Source: Octopus vulgaris
Taxonomy: Eukaryota
Length of the DNA: 64,000 nt
Assembly: GCA_951406725.2 (NCBI GenBank)
Contig: OX597818.1
Location: 87,668,001-87,732,000, forward strand
Reading direction: 5' to 3'
The notes under the pieces are model-generated. The model worked only from the letters and a program-made list of their open reading frames with translations. It ran no database searches and had not been told where the DNA came from. A program made the translations under genes and the position numbers. Shown here in pieces: positions 28,462-43,103 of this stretch; positions within the stretch are counted from its first letter, which is position 1, and the number at the start of each line of letters is the position of its first letter.

Positions 28462-29259
28462 CTTTTCTACTCTAGGTACAAGGCCCGAAATTTTGGGGGA
28501 GCGGGGGCAGTCAATTAGCTCGAACCCGGGAGGCAACTGGTACTTAATCTATCGACCCCGAAAAGATGAAAGGCAAAGTCGACCTCGGCGGAATTTGAAA
28601 TCAGAATGTAAAGACAGATGAAATACCTATTTCTTTACTACCCACAAGGGGCTAAACACAGAGAGGACAAACAAGGACAGACAAACGGATTAAGTCGATT
28701 ATATCGACCACAGTGCGTAACTGGTACTTATCTAATCGACCCCGAAAGGATGAAAGGCAAAGTCGACCTCGGCGGAATTCGAACTCAGAACGTAACGGCA
28801 GACGAAATACCGCTAAGCATTTCAACCGGCGTGCTAACAACGTTTATTTCTTTATTGCCCACAAGGGGCTAAACATAGACTGGAAAAACAAGGACAGACA
28901 AACGGGTTAAGTCGCTTACATCGACCACAATGCGTAACTGGTACTTAATTTATCGACCCCGAAAGGATGAAAGGCAAAGTCGACTGCGGCGGAATTTGAA
29001 CTCAGAACGTAGCAGCAGACGAAATATATATTTCATTACTACCCACTAAGGGCTAAACAGAGAGGACAAACAAGGACGGACAAACGGATTAAGTCGCTTA
29101 CATCGACCCCAGTGCATAACTGGTACTTATTTAATCGACCCCGAAATGATGAAAGGCAAAGTCGATCTCGGCGGAATTTGAATTCAGAACGTAACGGCAG
29201 ACGAAATACCCCTAAGCATTTCGCCCGGCGTGCTAACGCTTCTGCCAGTTCGCCGCCTT
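28462..29259 (-). mobile_element. SINE family 2 multimer (~4 tandem bodies)
   Basis: gaccccgaaa..gatgaaaggcaaagtcga recurs near 28555, 28738, 28955 and 29138. Confidence 0.85.
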
Positions 29260-29319
29260 AGTGGTGTTTGTATTTGTGAACAAAATGTACAGGTGATTGC
29301 GTTCATAATCTAGTGAGTC

Positions 29320-29367
<48 letters not shown>

Positions 29368-29639
29368 GAGGGAGAGAAAGAGAAAGAGAGAAGTTGGGGT
29401 GAATGAGTGAATATATACAGCCACACTCACACACGCATAAATACATTCTTTCTGTCTTACATATGGTACCCAGTATAACTCGAGTCATTTGTACTGGGGT
29501 ACCATGTTCAAGGAGGTAACTATGTGGTTCTCAACCAGGGTCTATATGGCCCTTGGAAGTCCATATGAGTCCATTGTTAATATTTATGTGCCATAAATTG
29601 GTTATTCTTCAAGAACACACAAAATATTTAATTACGAAA

Positions 29640-30030
29640 AGGTGGCGAGCTGTCAGAAACGTTAGCATGCCGGGCGAAATGCGTAGCCGTATTTCGTCTG
29701 CCGTTACGTTCTGAGTTCAAATTTCGCCGAGGTCGGTTTTGCCTTTCATCCTTTCGGGGTCAATAAATTAAGTACCAGTTACGCACTGGAGTCGATATAA
29801 TCGACTTAATCCGTTCGTCTGTCCTTGTTTGTCCTCTCTGTGTTTAGCCCCTTGTGGATAGTAAAGAAATAGGTATTTCGTCTGTCTTTATGTTCTGAGC
29901 TCAAATTCTGCCGAGCTCGACTTTGCCTTTCATCCTTTCGGGGTCGATAAATTAAGTACCAGTTGCGTACTGAGGTCAATCTAATTGATTGGTCCCTTCC
30001 CTCAAAATCTCGGGCCTCATTGAGTAGAAA
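29640..30030 (+). mobile_element. SINE family 2 dimer
   Basis: Body repeated from ggtatttcgtctg at ~29872. Confidence 0.8.
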
Positions 30031-30337
30031 ATATATCCAATTATAAAAATATGATAGAATCTTTTAAACATCGAATGGCTATGAGGATCCATCCAAGTAA
30101 AATACGAATCAAACGGGGTGCATAGGTTAAAAACACTAGTATAGAGCATGGAATTTATATATTTTAAACTGGCGCTCCAGCATGACCACAGCTGCATGGC
30201 TGCAACGAATAAAAGAATAAAAGAATGAATTGCATAGCCGTTAGAATAGGATTGTTAGAATAAAATGTGTCATGAAAATATGTATGGTGGTCCCTTCGCT
30301 GGAAGTTGGTAGGTGTTCGCTTCCCTACTTGCAATAT

Positions 30338-30544
30338 ACAGTAAAACTCTCGACTACCGTGCGTGTTATGTTCCAAAATCCCCGTGATAGGTGAACATCT
30401 GCGCAGTAGAAACAGTAATGTATATTTATTATTATTATTTCTTTAATTTGTATATATTTATTTTATTATAAATGCAAAACAACACCACGGAGGAATTGAC
30501 GTAAGCTTAAATAATAAACCGCGATATGGCGAGGGATCACTGTA
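30338..30544. mobile_element. pogo/Tigger-like MITE
   Basis: TA-CAGT...ACTG-TA termini with imperfect TIRs. Confidence 0.45.
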
Positions 30545-31500
30545 TATGGGGCGCAGACTGATTCGATTAACCAGCTGGAGGAGGTGTCCTCCTCGGGTTA
30601 AAATGGCAGTAACGTCGGTTCCTACGGAACTGCCAGGTTAAGTTGGCAATAAACATATATACAAGTATGACTGTATGGTAAGAAGTTTGCTTCTCAACCA
30701 CATGATTCCGGGTTCCGTCCCACTGCCTGGCACCTTGAGCTAGTGTCTTCTACTATAGTTTCGTGATGACCAAGGGCTTATGGGTGGATTTGGTAGATGA
30801 AACTAAAATGAATTTGGTAGATGAAACCTGTCAATTAACGAGAATGGGTAGCATTTGGTTAACAACATTTTAAGATATTTCTATTCCAAAGATATTAGAC
30901 TTAGCAACTTTGCTCATAAAGACTAGTAGCGGAACGTCGTTGTATACCAGCAGCCTGGAGGTGCTAAGCATGACATTTGACCCTATCAAAATATGTTCAA
31001 AGACAGCTGCCGACGCTGTTCTACAAAATCATTTACTGTCCTATATCATTTAAAAGCTTACGACATTAAAGAATGACATGGTTAATAACTTCCAGAATTA
31101 CATATTCGTTGACTTAATTAATCTTGATGAAAGTGTTCTGATTAGTTATTACAGAACTAATAGGATTATAGCTTTAATTAATGGAGATGCGGCTAATTAT
31201 TATTCGGGAAGAAATAACTTAAGCAGCACAACAAATTAGCGAAGTTCTCTGCAAAATTTTGAGAAGTTGGAGGGAAAGGAGAAGAAATGATAGAAACAGA
31301 ATAGAAAAGATCGAATAGATAAAGTGTGACCACATGACAGGAAAATGGTATTGGCATAAACAAATAATGTGCGTCTTGGGCAAATGAAAGTAGTATAAGT
31401 AATAATTAGTGTCACCTTAAAGATATACAATTATAAATTTATGTTAGTCAAAAATTGAAATCTGTGGATATCAGTTATTTAGCCGTAGAGAGGTCACGAG

Positions 31501-31809
31501 TTGAAAGGCCAGAAAATAAAAGAGGCGGTGTATACGACAAAACCTTCCACACTGGAAGACTTAGATACATGGATCCAAGAGGTTCTTAAAGATATCCCAG
31601 ACGACGTCCTTCAGGAGGTTGTTCATTCTATCCTTGGCAGTTTGAAGAAAGTGGTTGACGCCACCGGTGCATACGTTGAAATATGAAGATTTACTTTCAT
31701 TTTCCCATCTAATAAAGAACATGCATTATTTGTTTCAATAAATTTGTAGAAGGAACATGGATTTCATGACCAATTTTTAATGCCTACTTACTTTTCACCC
31801 ATCCTGTTA
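31501..31809 (+). mobile_element. Tc1/mariner-superfamily transposase C-terminus plus right TIR
   Basis: KEAVYTTKPSTLEDL..IPDDVLQEVV..GAYVEI*; ends acttttcacccatcctgt. Confidence 0.7.
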
Positions 31810-31961
31810 TAATTTTTTATTCTTTAAATTGTGTCAGTCACTTGACTGCGACCATACTGGAGCACCACACACACACACACACACACATATAATTTAAAAT
31901 TAAAATCCACAAATATATAAATATACGCACACTCACTAGCACGTCCGCACGCACACACACA

Positions 31962-32031
<70 letters not shown>

Positions 32032-32169
32032 TTTTTGGTTATGCACCTTACATGCATAAAATGAAATAAAATATTGTACTGCGTTATTATGAAATATTTC
32101 TACTTATACAATCGGAATTCCTGCTTATAACACATTTTTCCTCTCTCCCACTCACTGCGTATATATATG

Positions 32170-32216
<47 letters not shown>

Positions 32217-32972
32217 TATATATATATATATATGCATGTATATGTGTGTAAGTGAGTGTGTATGTATGTGTGTATGTTTGTATGTACATATTGAGAGGTA
32301 GATAGAGAGAGAGAAAGGGAAAAAAGAGCATGTAGATGCTTGGCCTGCAAGCTATATAGTGCCAGATAGTAATCATTCTGGCAAGTGGAATGGCTGTCAT
32401 TTCATCGTCCAGATATTAGTTTTGCTCCTCAATTTGTCATTCCCGAATTGTAGCTAATGGCGTCAAGTCGACACCTTGTTCCTTCAGCGGCACTCCATTT
32501 TATAAATTTACCGTTATGACGATATGTGGGCGAAATTTTCAGAAAAGAAAATTGCTGAGAGTCTCCAATGTATATACATTTAAATTTTTTTTTTCTTTGT
32601 GTAGAATAATATTTAATGTTTAAAATATTTAAATATGTTTCGAAGATGTTTAACCTTGCATCTTTAAAGAAGTATTTGCGTAGGAAACATATTTGCTGTT
32701 AGCAAGTGAGAGATCGCGATGTTATACTCGCTAAATTTACGCCAAATATACATACATACATACATGCATACATACATACATACATACATACATACATACA
32801 TACATACATTACGCACACACACACACATATATATGTATGTCTGTATACATACATATCTATATATACATATGTATATATATACACATACATATATATTTCT
32901 ATACATATATATTTATACTTATATATTGAGATCGATAGATAGATAGACAGATAAATAGATAAATAGACAGAC

Positions 32973-33008
<36 letters not shown>

Positions 33009-33370
33009 TTATACGTACGAACTTATATATATACATGTATATATATACAAACATACATGGGTATGTACGTTCATGTATACATATAGGTATTTCTCTCTTT
33101 CTTTCTCTCTCTATCTCTCTCTCTATATATAAATATATATATATATACATATATGTCTCTGTGTGTGTATATATATATAATTAAATGTATGTATGTATAT
33201 ATATGTAATATATGTATGTATCCATGTATGTATGTATGTAATATTGTCATATATGTAGTATATATAGAGAGATATGTATGTATTTATATATATGTAAATA
33301 TATATATGTATATATATATGTAAATACATGTATATATATATGTACATACCCATATGTATATACCCATATA

Positions 33371-33425
<55 letters not shown>

Positions 33426-33925
33426 GTATATATGTAAGTATGTACATATATCTATGTATATATGCATATATATATATATATGTGTGTATGTGTGTATGTA
33501 TGTATATAAATATATGTATTTATATATATACATGTATTTACATAAATATATTTACATATATATATTTACAAGTATATATGTGTATGAGTGTGTGTGTATT
33601 ACACTCTCTCGCACGTACACATATAATTTATTTTCTATGTTTTCTAGCCCAGAAGCGGTGACCATGTTGTGCAACGCCATTTAAAATATAATGGTTTTAA
33701 ATTTTGGCTCAAAGCCAGCAATTTCAGGGCAAGTAACTATGTCAATTACGTCGACCCCAGTGCTTAACTATTACTTATTGTATCGACCCCGAAATTACGA
33801 AAGGCAAACTCGACCTTAACTGAGTATGTACTCAGAAAAAGTCAAAAGAAATACCACGAAGCATTTCATCCGACGCGCTGACGATTCTGCCAGCACGTCA
33901 CCTATATGTGTACGTATGCGTGTGC

Positions 33926-33975
<50 letters not shown>

Positions 33976-34142
33976 AGAGAGATACCTACATACACACACT
34001 TTATACAAACACACACACATGTACATGTATATAATCAAAGAGAGAGAGAGAGTTACATACACATATACACATCCACTCACATATACTTTTGTGCATGTCC
34101 GCTTGAGTGTATAGAAATAATATTCATACAATATACAACTGT

Positions 34143-34540
34143 TCTTTACTTTTTTACTTGTTTCAGACATTTGACTGCGGCCATGCTGGAGCACCGCCTT
34201 TAGTCGAGCAAATCGACCCCAGGACTTATTCTTTGTAAGCCTAGTACTTATTCTATCGGTCTCTTTTGCCGACAGCTAGGTTACGAGAACGTAAACCACC
34301 AGTATCGGTTGTTAAGCGATGTTGGGGGGACTAACAGAGACACACAAACATATGCACACAAACACACACACACACATACATACATATATACGACGGGCTT
34401 CTTTCAGTTTCCGTCTACTAAATCCACTCACAAGGCTTTGGTCAGCCCGAGCCTATAGTAGAAGACGCTCAAGGTGACACGCAGTGGGACTGAACCCGGA
34501 ACCATGTGGTTGGTAAGAACTTACCACACAGTCACTCCTG
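34143..34540 (-). mobile_element. SINE family 1
   Basis: Matches family consensus. Confidence 0.85.
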
Positions 34541-35125
34541 AAAACATAAATATAGAATTTTGTGAATATATACACAAAATACTAATTATTGAACCCCAAT
34601 CGTTTCGTGCACATGACCATCAGTGAATATATTTAAAAAAAAATTAATCTTTTACTCTTTTACTTGTTTCAGTCATTTTGACTGCGGCCATGCTGGAGCA
34701 CCGCCTTTTGTCGACCAAATCAACCCCAGGACTTATTCTTTGTAAGCCTAGTACTTATTCTATCGGTCTCTTTTGCCAGAGCACTAAGTTACGACACACA
34801 CACACACACACAAACATACACAAACACATACATATACATACTTACATACCGTCTCCGATGAAGGGATATTATTAATTAATATCCTAGAAACATCTGTAAG
34901 ACCGTCTATCTATAAATGCTCTAATATCTGTACAGCCTTGGTTTTTTATCTTATTACGCAATAAATTCTTATACACACATGCTGACATAGAACCAACGTC
35001 GAGCCCTTTATTCGCAATATTACCGAATCTGGAACTTAACTATAGTCTGTCTATAGCACTTATTCAGCATTACCTGGCACCTTTGGGTCTCAATGACACC
35101 ATTATCTCTTATAACCTCAAATATG

Positions 35126-35182
<57 letters not shown>

Positions 35183-36206
35183 ATATATATATATATATAT
35201 ATATACGGCGGGTTCTTTCATTTTCCGTCTACCAAATCCACTCACAAGGCTTTGGTCGGCCCGAGGCTATAATAGAAGACACTTGCTCAAGGTGCCACGC
35301 AGTAAGACTGAACCCGGAACCATGTGGTTGGTAAGCAAGCTATCTCCTTCTCTAGTTGAGCACTCTTTCCTATATATGAATCTTTTTGCATATACATATG
35401 TGAAAAACATAATACTTAACTATAGTAAAAAAACATTTTGGAAATTCTTTTAGAAATGTAATTTACTTATCAAATTGAAATAACCCTAATAATAACTCCC
35501 TCTTGATAACTTCTTTCTTTTTAAATATTTTTGAATAGCTTTTTTTCAATCAGTTGAATTCTCGCCATTGCTGGAAATTGTTGATAAATGAGAAACCATT
35601 TAGGTGCCAAAGATTTGCATTCTGTATATTTGTTTGTATGTGCTCGAGTGTATATATATGTTTGGGCATGTGTTTATGTGTATGTGTGTGAATATGTGTG
35701 TTTGTTGATGTGTGTGTGTGTGTCTGTGTGTGCATATGTTAGATAGCACAGCTGCCAATATTGGTAAAAAGTTGTACTTTGTTCTTGTGACTATATAGTC
35801 TGTGGATATGTGTGTGTGTATGTGTGTGTATTCGTGCCTATATTTGTGTCTGTGTGAGCATGTGCTTGTACGCGTGCGCACAACTATATTACTTTACTTT
35901 ATTTCAATATATGCAGTAAATATGTGTATATGCAGTAAAAAGTGTGTGTGAGTGTGTGCATGTTTGTGCATGTGTGTGTGTCGTTACGAACACGTGCATA
36001 TGTGTGCATGGGAAAATATATTGCATGTGTGTGCATGTTCGTGTGTGTGTGCCTGCGTATGCATGTGTGTATAGTAGTATAAGCATGTGCGTATGTGTAT
36101 ACACATAAATATATTACTGTTTATCATTTCATATATAGAGGTATTATACCATATTATGTGAATTATATGACGTCTTCATGCTAAAATAATTTTATAAAAA
36201 ACATTT

Positions 36207-36241
36207 CAGTACCGGTTTCAGTCATTGAGACTTTTCAACTG
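36207..36241 (-). ncRNA. Type I minimal hammerhead, U3:A8 variant
   Basis: cag TTGAAAA gtc-tcaat-gac t GAAA ccgg TA ctg. Confidence 0.65.
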
Positions 36242-36674
36242 TAAGTATGGAAAACAATTAAATTTTGAAAAAATTTAAAGAATTTTTTTTTCAAAGAATA
36301 TTTGCATAGTATTCAAATACAAGGGGCATTTTCATTGTTTCTGCCTGTCTCTGTCTCTCTTGTTTACTCTTGTGGGTTCGAGATCATTGTGAATTCTTGG
36401 CAGAGAAGAAGAAGAAGAAGAAGAAGAAGAAGAAGAAGAAGAAGAAGAAGAAGAAGAAGAAGAAGAAAAAGAATGCGGGAGTGCCATGATAGTAGTAGGA
36501 TGTTAAATGGTCAAATGCCCTGAAAGTGACTTGTCGTGGATTGTAGTAGTGGTAGTATATATATATATATATATATATATACAGGGAGAGTTTACGAAAA
36601 AAACAAAAAACGAGGACAGGTGGTGTACAAAACAAACAGATGTATTAGTATAACGCTCAGGAATAGAAAAATAT

Positions 36675-36707
36675 TTTACGTTTCGAGCCTACGCTCTTCT
36701 ACAGAAA
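36675..36707 (-). ncRNA. Minimal hammerhead-like motif with atypical core
   Basis: ttt CTGTAGA a gag-cgtagg-ctc GAAA cg TA aaa; element between (TA)n; related to 10261 and 38962. Confidence 0.5.
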
Positions 36708-36780
36708 GGGACACAGAAAAAACAAGGGAAGAAACAAGGAGAGAAAAAATGTGTGTATTGGCTAACGATCTATGATGGCG

Positions 36781-36828
<48 letters not shown>

Positions 36829-37087
36829 TTGTGTTTGTGTATAACGTCAACTAGTGCTGCAGCTATATATTATGTAACATAAAGATGTCTATTTAAAGAT
36901 TATCCAGTGCAATTCGAGAAAATGCTTCGCTTTTTGAATTCAGATAATATGGTGTTCCGTCTAATGGTAGTTTAAAACTGTAAAATCTATTTCATATAAT
37001 TACTTGAAAATTTCTAGACAGACTACTACTACTAATAATAATAATAGTGATAGTAACAGAAACAACAACAACAACAACAACAACAAC

Positions 37088-37142
<55 letters not shown>

Positions 37143-37544
37143 TTAATGATGATGATAATAATGATAAAACAATCAAATATGATATTTTCCTGAAATACCA
37201 ACATATACGAAAGCAGGTTGGTAGAAAAGTCTGTCGTTTCAAATGCACCACATTAAATATCTATTCTTTGATTGAATGCTTTGTCTGCGCAATAAAGACA
37301 TTCATAATGTAAGCGAATGCTAAAATGTTGCGTCAGTGAAGTATACTGACGTAACATTTCGCATTGATGTTGGCAAGTCATGTGGGCATGCAAGTATATT
37401 CTAAGGAAGAAATAGCTTTTCCATTATTTGTCTTCTGTTTATCTGTCTGTCGGTCTGTATGACTGTCTGTATATATGTATGTCTATCAATATCCAGTTAT
37501 CTATTTAGCTATATGTATCATCTGTCTGCATGTCTATCCATCCA

Positions 37545-37592
<48 letters not shown>

Positions 37593-37639
37593 GATCTATC
37601 AATCTACCTACCTACCTACCTACCTACCTACCTACCTAC

Positions 37640-37715
<76 letters not shown>

Positions 37716-38681
37716 TTATCTATCAATCTATCTATCTATCTATCTATCTGTCTATCTATCTATAGACACAGACCCCGCCTGTTACCGAAAATATTACTTT
37801 AACTTAAAATTGCGTAACACGAAACCGACTTGCTCGTTGACATCCATGTTGCATTATACTTATATAACATGGAAGTCAATAGGGGAACTAATTTTGCGTT
37901 ACAGATTTCCACATCAGAGCAAGGTTTTCAAAAACGCAACTCTTTCGTAATATAGGAGATGCATGTCTCTTTCTATACACCAAAACAGGCAAAAAACAAA
38001 AACCGAAAAAAGAAAAAGAAAAAACAACTATAGTCGTTTATGCGAATGTGACTTGGTAGCGTGTAACATGCTTTTTTTTAATAGTTTCAAGCGCTTATGT
38101 AGTCATGAGCAGCTACAAACACTCCCTTGGTATTCTCATCCATGACCTAAAAATCTGCACCAATACTGAGCCTGTATACCTTTTCAGCCAATGAGACTGG
38201 AGTAAGATGAAATCATGTCCCTTGCTTAAGGAGACAATGTACCACTATTTCCAGGAATTGAATCCAGTAACTTATGATTATGAACTGTAGCCACAAGGGC
38301 TCATACACGCGTGCGCGCACACAACTGTGTATATCGGTACAGCTCGATGCTGGTTCACCGGTCAGCATCATTAGTCCGGCATAATGGAAAAGGGACTGTA
38401 TTTGCATATTCAAAACATTTCGTGTAAACAAATTTAAAAGATATATATATATATTTATCCACACACCCACAACACACACCATTATCCACACACCCACATA
38501 CATACACACATGTTAGCACCGTGCATACACACACATCCATACTCACACGCACACACACAAACACACACACACACAAATACACTTGCCCACATTCACACAC
38601 ACGCTTACGCACCTTAGTTTGTTGGGGAACCGTTATTGTTGTTGTTGTTATTATTATTATCATCATCATTATTATTATTAC

Positions 38682-38718
<37 letters not shown>

Positions 38719-38763
38719 GTTATTATTATTGTTGTTGTTGTTGTTATTATTATTATTATTATG

Positions 38764-38826
<63 letters not shown>

Positions 38827-38961
38827 ATTATTATTATCAGTATCTCCCTTTTATTCAACATTTTTTCCCAGTCATCTCGCCATGTTGGACCGTTGAACTC
38901 TGCATATTTTTTCTCTCTCTCTCTGTTTTCTTTCATTCTTTCTCCATTTTCCTCCTTAATC

Positions 38962-38996
38962 CTTTCTATCGAAGAGCGTAGACTCGAAACGTAAAG
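38962..38996 (+). ncRNA. Minimal hammerhead-like motif, degenerate core
   Basis: ttt CTATCGA a gag-cgtaga-ctc GAAA cg TA aag. Confidence 0.45.
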
Positions 38997-39123
38997 CACC
39001 TTCCCATTTTTTCTCGAGCGTTAAACTAATAAACCTGCTTGCTGGGGTCCATTTGTTCGACAAAATGCGGTGCTCCCACATGGACGCAGTGAAATGTCTG
39101 AATCAAATAAAAGAATAAAAGAG

Positions 39124-39184
<61 letters not shown>

Positions 39185-39547
39185 ATATATATATACATAT
39201 ATACACACATATATATATGCATCCATGTATGTATATATATATATGCATATATATATGTGTGTGTGTGTGTATCTTTTACTTGCTTCACTCATTGGACTGC
39301 AGCTATGCTGGGGCCCCACCTTGAAGTGTTTAGTCGCACAAATCGACTTCAGTCACCAACTTGTTCTGTCCATTTATTTTGCCGAACCGCTTAGTTAAGG
39401 GAACACAAACAATAGAATAGGAACCAGATTTTACAAAATAAGTCTTTGTTCGACTAAAACCTTGAAGGCGGTGCCTTTTACCTATTTCAACCTGTGGTTG
39501 AAATAGGTAAAAGACAATAGAATGTGCAAGAAATATTATTATCTACT

Positions 39548-39996
39548 TTTTTCTATCTTTTACTTCTTTCAGTCATTTGACTATGGCCATGCTGGAGTAC
39601 CGCCTTGAAAGGGTCTTAGTCGATCACATCAGCCTCAGGAAATTTTATATAGCCTAGTTCATTTGACGAATCGCAAAGACATACACACACGTATCAATTG
39701 TGGAACACGACTGTCACTACATAAACCTGATGATTGCGTAACCCATGAAAGTACTAGTTTATTCCAATATTGTAAAATTGTAAATAACATAACGTGAAAA
39801 GCTGGAATTTCACTGATTAATATGTATATATACACGACGGGCTTCTTTCAGTTTCCGTCTACCAAATCCACTCAGAAGGTTTTGATCAACTCGAGGCTAT
39901 AGTAGAAGACATATGCCCAAGGTGCCACGTTGTGGGATTGAACCCGGAACCATTTCGTTGAGAAGCAAGTTTCCTACCACACACCAATGCCTGCGC
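39548..39996 (-). mobile_element. SINE family 1 (diverged/interrupted)
   Basis: Head and tail match family. Confidence 0.7.
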
Positions 39997-40805
39997 TTAT
40001 ACTTTCTGAATTTAGTTCAACCTTATATCTTTATTGACAACTACGATAATATGCATAGCTAAAAATGTTGGCTTCCGTTTATTTCAATTCACACATGTCT
40101 TCAATGTTCAGCTTGCATGTCTTTCAATTTCAACTGTTCTATTATATTCGACAAAACTTCTTATTTTTTCACCTTCATCTTTACATTTCATTCTTAACTA
40201 AACTTTATGATTGCTACTGACAAAATTTGAATTTTTTCCCTAAATGTATCTATCGATTTATTGACCCGTTAACCAGTCTCAACTTGGTTTTATGTTCAAC
40301 AAAAATTTGACGGAAATTTTCAACGTAACCTATTTAGCTTCTAAAATATCTGCCAATCTTGCGTTTAACAAAACAGAACCGATATTCCTAGACGGATAAG
40401 CTATCAGACCAACGAAGTTTGACAAACAACAGCTGTTATGAGTTCTATACTGGAAAGTGTTTTCACTAAACAGTCACCTAATTTTCTATCTATCTATCTA
40501 TCTATCTATATGTTCATTTATCTACATCTCACTCTCCTCCCCCTCTCTCTCTCATATATATATATAAGATGCTTGCATATGAAAAAAATTATCTTTGCAC
40601 AATATAAATGAGTTATAAATATTTAAACAACGACAGTTTTGAAATAACTGACTATAGGAATAAACGAGTGATTAGCCAATCAATATTTGGAATTGAATAT
40701 AGCTCGCGTCTAAATTAACGTACAATTCCACACCATTGAACGCAAAGAAAAATCTGCATTAAACTTAAATCCCAAATCAGTGAAATCTCGAAGAATATTT
40801 TAGTG

Positions 40806-40892
40806 AGAACCCTGAAGAAACTGCACCGGTATTATAGTAAGGTTGTAATTGAAACGGTTACTAACCGATACAGTCGAAACATATGTAAGTCT
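40806..40892 (+). ncRNA. Hammerhead-like motif with long stem II and decayed stem I
   Basis: CTGAAGA a actg..cggt..tagtaa..ttacta accg..cagt c GAAA catatg TA. Confidence 0.55.
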
Positions 40893-41014
40893 ATTTGAGT
40901 CTGTATTTATACATAAAAATGAATTAAAAGTAATGACTGTACTACTCCGTCATAATCATTATAATAATAATAATAATGATAATGATGATGATGATGATGA
41001 TGATTATGATGATG

Positions 41015-41075
<61 letters not shown>

Positions 41076-41152
41076 CAAAAACAGCAACAACAACAACAAC
41101 AACAACAATAACAATAATAATAACAATAATAATAACAATAATAATAATAGTA

Positions 41153-41183
<31 letters not shown>

Positions 41184-41194
41184 TGATAATAATA

Positions 41195-41232
<38 letters not shown>

Positions 41233-41243
41233 AATAATAGTAA

Positions 41244-41762
41244 TAAGGTCAAACAACTGACAAGCAAATCTGTGGTATTGAGTAGATTTTTTTTTTATAG
41301 AAGATGGACTACAGCAAATATTCTGCTCAATACCACAGATTTGTTTGTCAGTTGCTTGACCTTAACCAGTTGAGCATGTCCCTTAGTGGCTGACGATATG
41401 TGTATCACTGATCACGAGCAGAAGTAGTGGGGGAGCATCATAGCCATGTGTTGATAGGAATTCTTAGAAGTTTGGTAATTCACCTTTGGAAACATGGGTG
41501 GTTCGTTCAACATCCTTAAACAACCCTTATTCAAGGACCTTTTGAGCAGGATGTGCTACTCGACCAGCAGAAAATTCTAACTGGGTCCCACCTGCAAGGT
41601 CATGTGCTTTTTAACTTGATATGAGATCACCATGTCACGCACATATGGTTGTGATGCATGTGCCTAGTGTACGGGTAGTAGACGGGTAGTCATGATGAGT
41701 ATACTGGGCTTCGTATATTTTATCCCAGTGTCACTTTGAGGGCATGCACTGCTCTCTCACTC
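41244..41762 (+). mobile_element. (AAT)n-tailed retroposon (same family as 8739-9292) with short 5' inverted duplication
   Basis: 41244-41286 is the reverse complement of ~41322-41364. Confidence 0.75.
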
Positions 41763-41825
<63 letters not shown>

Positions 41826-41959
41826 TGTTATTTTTATTGATTTCAAATTTCGCCGAGGTCAACTTTACCTTTCATCCTTTCGAGGTCGATAAATTAAGTA
41901 CAAGTTAAGTACTGGGGTCGATGTAATCGACTATTCCCCTCCTCCAAATTTCAGGCCGT

Positions 41960-42965
41960 GGTTACTGATGCGCAGACATGCGCTGAGGTTGCTGCATCTC
42001 CAGCGTTTCCAATACGGTGAGGTGTGGACCCCGTTTGTAAGACACGCTTTTACTGAGCTGCAATCCTGGGATAGGCGCAAACCGAGGAGGGGCGCTTGGC
42101 ATCTCGAGTACCGTCAAGCGCTCACAGCCCTCTTCTAGGCAGACAATGCGGTCGGTGGTAGTTCTTCTCTAGCGTTCTATTGAAGGCTAGTGGAGGGAAA
42201 GTGCGACGACATTCTCGGAGAAACTCTGAGCGTCGATGAAGATCAACTAAACGGTCTGTTTTGGAGAACTTTCGGGCCTGGACCTATGAATAACTTCCAG
42301 AAATCCCTTGTTCGGGATAAACTTTATAAGCACAGAAGTACTGACAGCCAGACCTGCCCGGGATGCGCCCAGAACGATGAAACCGTTCTGCACGCTCTAG
42401 TCCATTGTCCGAGTATTACTGACCCGTGGGTTTGTATCGAACGCCTAGTGTCGCGCGTTGGACGGATCCGACTATCAGCTGATTACATTGTGAAGATTGC
42501 CCCGCCACCCTTTTTGGGCCGGGATGGGAGGGCAATTTTTATTTGTCTAGTGGCTGTAGCGAAAGAGGTAGTATGGTGGACCCGTTTGAAAGGACTAAAG
42601 ACAATTTCCTCTTCGGTCAAGCTCTCATCTTTCAATTGAAAAGGACATTGAGGGTGGAGAGGGGAGTGTTGCCTTGTAGTATGTTTGTTGAAAGGTGGGT
42701 GAATGTTGGAAGAATGGCCAATGTGAAAGGACCAATTCTGAGCGTCCACCTGTAAACAAAAGAAGGGCTTTGCCCTGTGGCTTTTGCGGGTTTTTCCACG
42801 AGGTCCTTAAAGCACCTCCCCTGTTGGTAGTTTTAAATTGTTTAATTTTTGTTATTATATTGCCTACACTTTGTAAAACCCATTGTATCGTCCTGTTTTT
42901 GTATTTTGGGTTGTATGTCTTTTAATGTAATTTTATGCGAGCCCTTGTGGCCAAGAAAAGAATTT
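41960..42965 (+). mobile_element. L1/Tx1-clade LINE 3' fragment (ORF2 C-terminal CCHC/zf-RVT region) with (ATT)n tail
   Basis: CPGCAQNDETVLHALVHCP motif in ORF 42190-42639. Confidence 0.75.
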
Positions 42966-42973
42966 ATTATTAC

Positions 42974-43103
<130 letters not shown>

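Noticed and set aside
28462-29259. CRISPR-like array
   Set aside because: Eukaryotic context; units are ~190-220-bp SINE bodies with no unique spacers
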